Shown piece by piece: positions 53,451-64,000 of a stretch of DNA of 64,000 nt. Position 1 is the first letter of the stretch; every line of letters begins with the position of its first letter. Below the pieces are notes generated by a model. The model did not search any database. It was given only the letters and a program-made list of their open reading frames with translations, and was not told the origin of the DNA. The stretch is from Octopus bimaculoides (taxonomy: Eukaryota). A program made the translations under genes and the position numbers. Location of the stretch: positions 23,647,180 to 23,711,179 of the forward strand of contig NC_068998.1 of NCBI RefSeq assembly GCF_001194135.2. The letters are read 5' to 3'.

Positions 53451-53940
53451 ATGAAAACTCACAGCTTATTTTGCTGAGTTTGATGGAAAGTGCCAGCTGC
53501 CCACAGCCAGCAGACTAAGGCGACAACTGTTTACCGGTCATGCTTCAAGAACCCTGCGAAGAATTCTTGCAGTGCCAAGCAATGCTGATTTTTTGTAGGT
53601 GTTCTACCTTCACACTTGTACCGATCTTTTTCAGCCATGTTTGTAGTTAAGTTTTGATACATCCAAGTGCTCCAATTACTATTGGTATCACGTCTACTCT
53701 CTTCATTGACTACAACCTTCGTATTTCCCATTTCAATTCGTCATTGTTGTTTTTTTTTCTTCTTTTTCACGTTGATCTACATTCTTGCCACATTTTCATG
53801 GCGTGTTTTGTATTTGATTCGCGTTGTACCAATTGTGGGCATTCTCTAACGATATGCCACACCGTTCTATCCCTCTCACCACACATTCTATATTTGTTGC
53901 TATCTGTAGTGTTGTCTATTCTATACTTCATATAGTTGTT
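53451..53940 (-). mobile_element. 5'-truncated, internally deleted RLE retrotransposon, lineage B
   Basis: KYRIDNTTDSNKYRMCGERDRTVWHIVRECPQL (CCHC remnant); VDVIPIVIGALG..LKKIGTSVKVEHLQK; lineage-B 3' end atgaaaactcacagcttatt. Confidence 0.8.
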
Positions 53941-53957
53941 CTCTATCTCTCTCTCTC

Positions 53958-54025
<68 letters not shown>

Positions 54026-54084
54026 TCTATCTATCTATCTTTTTACCACCACTCTTTATGTCTTTCGGTCTCTCTCTCTCTCTC

Positions 54085-54475
54085 TCACTCTATCACTTTC
54101 TTCACTACTTTTGAAGATTACCTGTTTGTTCAAATCGTAAAATTCTTCAGCCGAAATCACACATTCACAGACCAATTCAAACAGTAAGCTAGTCTTTCGT
54201 TAGATCCAGATTAACTTCAAACGCTTCATCTCTCTCTCTCTTCCTGTCTCTCTCTCTTTCTCTCTCTCCCTCTCTCTCTCTTTCTTTCTTTCGCTCTGTC
54301 CGTCTGTCTTTTTACTACGACTTTCTCTATGTCTCTCTCACTCTCTCTCTTTCACTTTCTTCACTAATTTTGAAGATTACTTGTTGACATCGTAAAGTTC
54401 GTTAGCCGAAATCACATTTCCGCAGACCATTTCAAACAGTAAGCTAATTTTTCGCTGTATTCAGATTAACGCTTC
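54085..54475. repeat. Local direct duplication of a ~130 bp unit separated by (CT)n
   Basis: cactttcttcactacttttgaagattac...gccgaaatcacac..cagaccaattcaaacagtaagcta..tttcg..cagattaac at ~54090-54215 and again, with substitutions and small indels, at ~54352-54470. Confidence 0.85.
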
Positions 54476-55285
54476 TCCTTCTGTCTTTGGTTAAATCTTA
54501 AGTATACAGGTGAGCTTTAATGAACGCTACAGTAGGCGCCTTCTCAAGTCGGTGATGTGACTGCCCTACTCATACTCTCTACCATCTTCCTTGATGTTCA
54601 ATATCTACCTACCTCGCTTTCGTGTTTACAACCGCTCCCAAACAGTTCTCATATTCCCCCTGTCAATATGAATGAAATATACTGAAAACGTTGTGTTAAA
54701 CAGCTTCCTTCCCCACCCAGATGATCTTCCTTTTCTATTCCTTATATGTATTTTTCTGTCCCTTTCCCTCTATATATCCCTTCTACTAGCTGCTTTTTTT
54801 TTACTTTCGGTCAACGCCGGGGTGGTGAGGGGAGTTGAGCGCCCGAATGGCCTGCGCAAGAACTGTCCCCTGGAAAAATGGAAAAAGGCAAATATCTAGA
54901 GCTTTCAAATAGCCACTGTTCCGGTTAAGCTGTACTCGTTTGCTTTGGATGACAAGCAGCCTAGGAGAAGGAACAGTCGGAGTTCGAAATCAGGGGGGCA
55001 AGGCCCCTGCCGCCTTGGCACACTACTTTGATAAAGATGGTATCTCGATAAAAAAAAAAACCTCTTGGTTAGTAACCTAAAAACACATCTCATTTGTGAA
55101 TGAAAGTGCCAAGCAACATAGATAATGATAACTGTATGAAAGGGACTGAACCAATAGAGCGGGACTGGCAGGTGCCCCACTGATCAGCATGGTGGCCCCG
55201 TTCGTAATCCAGCAACTGCTAGCCGCACTACAAGACATAAGTGAACTAAAATTATTATTATTATTACTATTATTATTATTATTAT

Positions 55286-55364
<79 letters not shown>

Positions 55365-55369
55365 TGATG

Positions 55370-56616
55370 ATGAAAACTCTCAGCTCACTTTGCTAGGTAT
55401 GATGGAAGGTGTCAGCCGTCCAAAGCCAGCAGACTAAACTAACGCTTATTTATTGGTTATGCTTGAAGAACCCAGCGAACAATTCTTGCGGTTCCATGTA
55501 ATGCTGATTTTTATAGGAGTTCTATCTTTATTGTTGTGTCTATCTCTTTGAGCCATGTTGGTAGTTGAATGCTGATGTTTCCATCTGTGCTAACAGATCT
55601 ACCGGCATCACATCGACTGTTGTCATTGACTACAAGCTTCGTATTTTCCGCATCAAATCGAGATTGATATTCTGTTTTTCTTCTTTCTCTTTCATCCTGT
55701 TGTCACCGCGACATGTTATGGCGATTATCATGCAAATTCTTTTGTTTTTTTATCCACAACAACAATGTCCGATCAGATGATCGGACTGAATCATTGCATC
55801 CCGCACGATGTTGCAATTTTCATTCTCGACGACTCCTTCTGGGGTTTCCTTTTCGGTGGCCATGATTTCCACAGAGTTTTGCAATGGCTCACCCTTGTCA
55901 CATTGTCGTGTCCTCTTCTGTAATTGCATTATACCAATTCCGGGCTTTCGCTCTCATTATACATTGTGCATTTGTCACTGTCGGTAGCGGTGACGATTCT
56001 GAACTTCGCAGTTAGCCCTTTACGCTTGTTCTTGTGCTGTTCACGGGTGTGCTTCTCTCTCTGTCTTCAGTTTATTGCCCCTCATCCTTAGCCACCGATA
56101 TTTTGCATCTGTCATGGCGTTCGTATCACTTGCAGATTGACCGTATATTTTTTCTGCTTCCATGCTGTTTCTTTTATTTGTGGTCTTTTACTCTCTAAGT
56201 TTTTCTTTCCTTACACAATTATCAATTTTGATTACGCCGGACTTCTTCACATGTTTCAATAATAGTTCTACAGTATTTTTATATACTACCCTAAGCTGTT
56301 TGCCTCTGCTTCGATAAAATTCTGGCTACTGATCAAACGTCGCCCACCCTTTCTTATGGATAAGTACAGCCTATCGGTGCCACACTTAGGGTAGACAGTT
56401 CCGTACACTATCCATATTTTTCTTGTATTCGTATCCATGTTCATTAGCTCTTTCTTTTGCCGGTTTACAATTACAGTTCCATACCGAAGTTATGCTAGCA
56501 CCCAAGCCTGGACTTTATTTCAACCGGTCAAGTTTGAGCGCAACACAAATCATAATCTTCGGAAATATTCCATCCTCTGTTGTTTCATTTCCTTCTCCAT
56601 GATTTTGTTCAAAATT
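55370..56616 (-). mobile_element. Longest RLE retrotransposon copy (RT thumb to RLE), lineage B
   Basis: KIMEKEMK..EYFRRL..LRSNL..NKVQA..LRYG; MDTNTRK..VYPKCGTDRLYLSIRKGGRRLIS; HDNV; KTPEGVVENENCNIV; DIVVVDKK..CMIIAITCRGD; ARIVRWVLQA*. Lineage-B 3' UTR. Flanked by (TAG)/(TAT)n and (TTC)n(TAT)n. Confidence 0.85.
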
Positions 56617-56870
<254 letters not shown>

Positions 56871-58612
56871 TTATTATGTTTTCTTTAATTAGTCAAAACT
56901 TTATTTAGCATTCAAATTTTTTACATAACACGTCTCCAACCTGAACAATGGCGCATAAAAATACACCCACGCACATACACACACACGCTCACACGGAGGC
57001 CCACGCGCATGGACGCAAGGATTTTTAACATGCATAATGATTATATTAATAAATGCTCAGTGGCATTCATTGTTACTGGAATTGCAAACTATAAATGGCC
57101 ACCATTTCATCGCCACACACCAGCAAAGGTTGAAATCAGTCTGACTGTAAGTAGAAAGTATTTCACCTCACTAGGTCTGATGGGAATTTCATTTATCATA
57201 TCGGTTTCATATGGAATAATTTGAGATTTAAAAAAAATTAAATGGCAAGGATCATTCAGCATATGTAGTTATTTTCGTCCAACAATGGAGAAATCTGTGA
57301 CTTCCTGTTGCGTAGAGGTTTTGACAGAAAGAAATGACCTGCTCACCTTATCCCGAACATATTAAACAAAGACGCTACATATGCGAAAAGAAACGGATTC
57401 TGAGAAGCTGCACATATTGAAATTACCCGCTATATACAGACGATTAAAATTTTATATAGAAGCCATCAAGGATTTTACGCATTAGTTAAACAAGAGGTCA
57501 TGAATCGACAGTACGCTTTCATAATTTTACTAATGTTCTACTGAAATTCCTGAAGGAATTTACGCTTAGATACAGCCAGGTGGTCACTCGTAGGAAAGCT
57601 ACAAATAAGGAAAATCTAGAATTTGTCTAGAATTCTCCGAGGAATAAATAAATAAAAGTAAATAATAGAAACTCGCTTTGAACGTTATACAAATGCGATC
57701 AACGTAACTTTAATTCTCCTAGTGGCTTCCTCACAGTGATTTACAAGATTGGAAGTAGAGGACGTTCAATTACACCTTGAAACTATGATTTTGGCACATG
57801 ATCGGCAATTTTAAGGAGACCCATTGCTCAACTACTACCTGTTTTATCGCCCTCAAATAAGGAAATGCAAATTTGTCCTCAGTCACATTTGAACTCAGAA
57901 GGTAAAGAACCGAATGAAATGTCGCTAATTATTTTATGCAGCGCAGTAAAAATTGTTATCCAGCTGCTTCAATATACCATTAATAGAAAATAGAAAATGC
58001 CACGCTTTGCACCATTTTATACACGCATGAGTACGTGTTCAATGATTGAAACGTTTAACGCCTATGATTATTCTTCTCTAATCACCAACTACTTACTCAA
58101 CAGTTAAACTCGAAGCCCTACACACACTATCATACCTAGCACGTGTAAACAGCAACTAGCATTTAATATTAACTAATTTTAATTTTTACTTATAGCGTAC
58201 CAACCCCATTCACAAACTCTCATACCGAGACAATCTCAACTCATCAAATAACACTTTATATCTTCCAGCTTTATTTCAGAGATAGAAATATTTCATAGAG
58301 TTTCGCATTGAATTAAAAGTAACGATTTTAATAAAATTAGAAATGTAATGTAACGTAACTGATGCTAGTAAATAAATAAATAGTCTGCGATGTGAGAACA
58401 TAGAGTCAATTAAGACCCCACCAATTAATTCCTTTTTATTTGCTTTTAAGTTGAGGCCAATAGATTTATGAAATACGAATGAATTTATAAAATTATTTTC
58501 AGTTTTACTTAATTTCATTCAGTTTATTTTCTTATTTCCTCATTTGCTAATGTATCTAAATGAATAATATATAGCGAATAATAAATAATTTGTTCTATTC
58601 TAGATTATATAT

Positions 58613-59062
58613 ATGAGGCTGGAAAGAAAGTTCTGTCGAATTTTTGATATTAACATATTTGAGGGTACTTTTACAATACTTATGGAAATATAAGTATCAA
58701 CATTTAAATTTTGTCTTTTATTTCTTTGATGATTAATTTATAACGTTATGTTTAAATTCGTATCAGTTTTAATCGTAAAAAAACAAAAACGTTTAGATCA
58801 AAATCATATTAGCTACTGATGCTGAAAGAATTTAAAATGGGCTGTTAAGCAATGGAAGCGGCAAAATATTCATTCTGTCTGTGGAAATGAAGTTTTAAAT
58901 GTACGGGCATACCAAAGATAGTTTGGCCAGTTTGATTCGGTAACATTTTCCCTCACATAATCTGCTCGATTTGGTCGACCAAGTTCTGTCAATGCCAAGC
59001 TTCTAAAATCCGTATGTGAAGAAAATGCAATGCAAACTGCAGGTCAGTTAAAAAAATACAGC
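58613..59062 (+). mobile_element. Mariner transposon 5' fragment (HTH region)
   Basis: MLKEFKMGC*AMEAA..; VCGNEVLNVRAYQR*FGQFDSVTFSLT*SARFGRPSSVNAKLLKSVCEENAMQTAGQL fits the mariner HTH pattern (YG..V..RT.QRWF..F..G.FSL.D..RSGRP). The TA-tatgaggctggaaag start is TIR-like. Confidence 0.75.
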
Positions 59063-59344
59063 TAACTTAAAGTCATATTTTTATCATAACATGTTCATGT
59101 ATTTATATGTATATATCTGTTTATATGAATGTTTGAGGGCGTGACTGTGTGTGTTTTATAATCTCACAGCAAAAACTGTGTCAAACGTCTAGAACACAAC
59201 TAACGTTAGAAAAGGGAAGAAAGACTATTGAAGACTGCAAGATTAACGAGCGTTCGACGCGAAAATTTGGATGATCTACAGCGGTGAACATGTAGGACAG
59301 TGATACAGTGATACTCATTATAATTTCTATAGACACTCCTCATA

Positions 59345-59397
<53 letters not shown>

Positions 59398-60709
59398 NNN
59401 NNNNNNNNNNNNNNNNNNNNNNNNNNNNNNNNNNNNNNNNNNNNNNNNNNNNNNNNNNNNNNNNNNNNNNNNNNNNNNNNNNNNNNNNNNNNNNNNNNNN
59501 NNNNNNNNNNNNNNNNNNNNNNNNNNNNNNNNNNNNNNNNNNNNNNNNNNNNNNNNNNNNNNNNNNNNNNNNNNNNNNNNNNNNNNNNNNNNNNNNNNNN
59601 NNNNNNNNNNNNNNNNNNNNNNNNNNNNNNNNNNNNNNNNNNNNNNNNNNNNNNNNNNNNNNNNNNNNNNNNNNNNNNNNNNNNNNNNNNNNNNNNNNNN
59701 NNNNNNNNNNNNNNNNNNNNNNNNNNNNNNNNNNNNNNNNNNNNNNNNNNNNNNNNNNNNNNNNNNNNNNNNNNNNNNNNNNNNNNNNNNNNNNNNNNNN
59801 NNNNNNNNNNNNNNNNNNNNNNNNNNNNNNNNNNNNNNNNNNNNNNNNNNNNNNNNNNNNNNNNNNNNNNNNNNNNNNNNNNNNNNNNNNNNNNNNNNNN
59901 NNNNNNNNNNNNNNNNNNNNNNNNNNNNNNNNNNNNNNNNNNNNNNNNNNNNNNNNNNNNNNNNNNNNNNNNNNNNNNNNNNNNNNNNNNNNNNNNNNNN
60001 NNNNNNNNNNNNNNNNNNNNNNNNNNNNNNNNNNNNNNNNNNNNNNNNNNNNNNNNNNNNNNNNNNNNNNNNNNNNNNNNNNNNNNNNNNNNNNNNNNNN
60101 NNNNNNNNNNNNNNNNNNNNNNNNNNNNNNNNNNNNNNNNNNNNNNNNNNNNNNNNNNNNNNNNNNNNNNNNNNNNNNNNNNNNNNNNNNNNNNNNNNNN
60201 NNNNNNNNNNNNNNNNNNNNNNNNNNNNNNNNNNNNNNNNNNNNNNNNNNNNNNNNNNNNNNNNNNNNNNNNNNNNNNNNNNNNNNNNNNNNNNNNNNNN
60301 NNNNNNNNNNNNNNNNNNNNNNNNNNNNNNNNNNNNNNNNNNNNNNNNNNNNNNNNNNNNNNNNNNNNNNNNNNNNNNATATATCCAAAGTTTTAAATTT
60401 AAATTTAAGAGAGATTTGACGCTAATATCTATTATTATTGAAATTTATTCTTATGTCAACATTTCTGTATAAGGCTATATTTCACTGTCAAATTTAAGTC
60501 AAACATATAAGTTGCCTTACACGTCTTCAGGGAATACATTTGAGAACAAACAAAAATCAAATAAAAGTCAAGAATAGGAGATAAATACCACATTTCTAGG
60601 TTTAGTCCATATTTAAATTTGTCGTTAAATGACTCGTTAAATTCGTCCCTTTCTAAACAAAATTCCATTAAGGGGAGGCAACCCCTTGCAATATTATGGG
60701 AAATGGTCA

Positions 60710-61570
60710 TAATTTATAAACAAACATCTATTCCAATAGAAATTATATTATATTATCCTAGGACCTATTGTAAAGCGCACAAATGCTATTGGTAAATTGT
60801 AAGTTGATATGCCTGCCTTAAGACCTAATATTATACTTCACTGTACTATAAAATATAAATTATAAATAACCCTCAATTACAATGGGAATTATTATCTCTG
60901 GGAGCTTTTGCAAAAAATCACAGCTGCTATATGTAAGTTATATATTAAAATGGTCTGCTTTAGAGCCTAATATTATACTATAATGCACTATAAATTATAA
61001 ATTATAAACAATTTTCCATTATAATGGAAATATAATGTGTGTTATAATACCTGTAGAAGCTTATGCAAAACCCACAAGTGCTATTGTTAAGTTATGCATT
61101 TATATAGTTTGCCTTAAGATCTAATATTACACTATAATGTACTATAAATTATAAACAACTCTCTATTATAATGGAATCTATACTATATTATCTATCCCTA
61201 GACGTTCATGGCAAAACCACAGCCGTTATTTATAACTTTTATATTTTAATATGGCCTGTCTTAATATCTAATATTATATTATTATTATTATACTACAATG
61301 TACTATAGATTATAGTCGATTCTCTATTACAATGGAACTCAATACTCAATTGTCACTAGGAGTTTTATTAAAGACCACAACTGCTATTGGTAAATTATAA
61401 GACCTAATATTATATTGTAATGTACTATAAATTATAGCTAATCTTCAATTACCATTGGAATCTATACTATATTATCTTTAGAGGCTTTCAAAAAATTCCC
61501 GCTGCTATTGGTAAATTATATTAGTATGACCTACCTAGTGACTAACTACTACGATATAATGTATTATAAT
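60710..61570. repeat. Degenerate AT-rich minisatellite, ~120-160 bp unit, ~6 copies
   Basis: The anchor gctattggtaaatt (or a variant) recurs near 60785, 60926, 61080, 61223, 61383 and 61504, each followed by ..cctaatattatact..aatgtactataaattata...ctattacaatgga...tatattatc. Confidence 0.85.
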
Positions 61571-61589
61571 ACCCTGTCATATTGCAATT

Positions 61590-62860
61590 TTATTTAAACC
61601 AGCGAAAAGTGTGTCTTAAAAAATGTGTACATTTTAGAGCATTATTTGTTAGTTTATTTATAAACTTACCCTTAGAGAATAATATGAAATAAAGTTCTAA
61701 GGTATATAACGAACGGTATCTCCTACCCTTGTTGTATGGGAATGATCTCCCGATGACCGACCATTCTAACGAATATCGCTTTTTTGTTCTTTCAGTTCCC
61801 AGATGAATTTATTAAGGCTAGTGCTTGCTATTTTACTTCTATCTCTAAAAGTACAATAATGATTAGATATTCTTTTACAGATTTGTCCCGAAGTACACCC
61901 CAGGTATCGCCTAACATCTGTGTGAGTCCTTACCTTACATTGTTCTAACTCTCGCATTAGGACCTTCAAATTTCAAACTTCTAAGGTTGACCTCTATTAC
62001 TGTAATCAAATTCCGATTATTACTATCATTATCACTATTATTAATACCGCCATTATTATTATTATTATCATTTATATCAGGGTTCATATCGCTATCCACT
62101 ACTATTTCTTTAGATTTAAGTATTTTAAAATTATGGGCTGCAATTATTTGGGCTAAATTCATATTGCTTGAAAACCCAAATCTAATGATATGTGCATTAA
62201 TTATTTTACCATAGTGTGAATTCTTTGGGAAATGTCTGCTTATCACCTCCCTAAATTTTGCAATCAAGTTACTTTTAATATTCCTAGCAAACGGGATTAT
62301 GAACCAAACATTATCATGTTTAGTATTATCACAGTCACCAGTATCATTCTTAAACAGAATTAAATTACGTATGTTACGTTTATGGAAATTCCTGGGTTTA
62401 TTTTCCTTATTTCCATTGAGTTTATTCTTATACCTATTATTCTTATCTGTATTAACGTTGTTGCTCTCAGTTTCAATATAGTAAACCTTCTCTTTGTAAC
62501 ATGCCCTATTTAATGCCGAGAATTGAGCTTCATTATTAAAAATCTTATTATTAGCAGATAATCTGGAGAGACTTAAGGAAATATTTTTAACTAAATTATC
62601 AATAATTCCTCTATGATGGTTACTCGATTATTTATATACTTTAGGTTAGTTAAAGGTTTATGATATGATCTATATGTCTCATTTTTAATATCTAATGTCA
62701 CATCCAAGAAATTAGCTACAGAAGTATCGTCTTCATAAATGATGTTCATCCCCATTCTACAAAAAATCTAGGCAGTCCCCCCTTAATCTTTTGCAGTTTT
62801 TGGTTGGAGCTAATATCTATGTAAAATCACCTAGTACAACAAGGTCTGACAGTGCCCTGT
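61590..62860 (-). mobile_element. Penelope-like element, Naiad/Chlamys-type (RT C-terminus + GIY-YIG endonuclease), degenerate
   Basis: ANFLDVTLDIKNETYRSYHKP..YIN; FREVISRHFPKNSHYGKIINAHIIRFGFSSNMNLAQIIAAHNFKIL; GIY-YIG RRYLGCTSGQICKRISNHYCTFRDRSKIASTSLNKFIWELKE; terminal GRRYRSLYTLELYFILFSKGKFINK..KCTH..* at 61590. Confidence 0.85.
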
Positions 62861-63961
62861 CCTCTTCTCCGATGGAAATCCTTCGCCATCGCCGACAACG
62901 ACGGACGAACTAATAAACTTATATGTAAATGCATAAATATATGAAACCTATAAAGGAACTGGTGTAATACTTTTGATTAAAATTGGGTGAATCATGAGAG
63001 CCCCCATGTTTAAAATTAATAATACCATACATTCATACATACATCCATACATACATACATACAGATATATATATATATATATATTCAGTATAATTAGACA
63101 TCTCTGGAGGATTTTGCTTTTGACATCGAACATTGATTTCCAATATTCAATATATTGTCATTTGTCTTTTGCACCGATAATGAAACATCTTCATCGATAA
63201 TGTTTTTGAAATTTCAAAATAACATCAGTTACACTACTATGATTTTAACCACTTAACATTCCTGGGGGGTTTGCTTTCAATAAAATATCCAGTTCCTTTA
63301 TGAAGAAAGTTTCAGTAGAATGCTTCCATTGTGTTCTATCGTCTTAATCAGAAGATGTCACCAAAAGCTAGACTGAAGAGTGAAAAGAATCCTAATCTAA
63401 ACTTTAATGAATTTATTTGCCCTTTACCATATTTATGTCCTACAAAATACTGTCTATTAGATATTTACTTGTACAGAATCGATTTACTATTAAACATATA
63501 TAAATCGTCAGTCTGTGCAAATCAGGTTACATTTCATTGGTTGCTTTCACTAAAATGACCGGATATTAAATATTTGCTTTCTTTATAGAAGTTCAGTCGA
63601 TACTCATCAATACGGTAGACGTGGGTATCATCTTGCGAATTTTGAAAAACTTCTTGACAGACAGAATTTAAATAATTTTAGAGTAGTTTCGCTAACTTGT
63701 GAAGGCTAATATTTATTTACCTACATTCTGTTTACTGTATATATGAGTATGCGCATGTATGAGTAAGTACGTATGTGTAGGTATATATACAAACAGATAA
63801 ACATATATGAGCATCTTCTTACGAGTGCATATATAAGAGTACAAAAGTATGCATAAACACATACGCACGCACACAAGCACATAAAAAGAGACAGACAGAT
63901 AGATTGGTTCATAATTTTAGAAATACATACATATATATATGCATACATACATGTATATGTG

Positions 63962-64000
<39 letters not shown>

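Noticed and set aside
60505-60540. Hammerhead-ribozyme-like core on the minus strand (ctgaagacgtgtaaggcaac) downstream of the Penelope-like element
   Set aside because: The GAAA box is incomplete and stem I cannot be paired, so it is at best a relic. Similar partial cores at ~1430-1445 and ~1945-1975 also fail.
60710-61570. CRISPR-like array
   Set aside because: Whole units are homologous with no unique spacers, the context is eukaryotic, and there are no cas genes.

Overview
AT-rich, repeat-saturated eukaryotic genomic DNA, most likely from an octopus or other coleoid cephalopod. That assignment is an inference from the recurrent SINE-like families, the microsatellite load and the transposon mix. 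About 14 N-gaps (roughly 5 kb in total) are mostly flanked by (TA)n, (GA)n or (TAA)n. I find no intact long protein-coding gene; most ORFs in the supplied track are microsatellite or N-gap artefacts. The recognisable coding remnants are nearly all transposon debris: a Tc1/mariner with both ends, a mariner 5' fragment, a Ty3/Gypsy integrase, an RTE-type RT, a Helitron Rep N-terminus, two Penelope RT fragments, and a Naiad-like Penelope element (RT plus GIY-YIG) next to a ~140 bp minisatellite. There are also at least seven 5'-truncated copies of restriction-like-endonuclease (R4/Dong-type) non-LTR retrotransposons, nearly all bordered by trinucleotide microsatellites; four are stacked co-oriented at 52-56.6 kb. 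The one host-gene-like remnant is a heavily disabled LRR ectodomain (Toll-like-receptor style) on the + strand at ~48.9-50.2 kb, which the ORF track misses. A few short candidate exons at 13-16.6 kb are low confidence. I do not see clear evidence for a wholly new biological system. The best leads are the multi-lineage microsatellite-targeted retrotransposon stack and the TLR-like pseudogene. All translations and alignments were done by eye; no database search was run.
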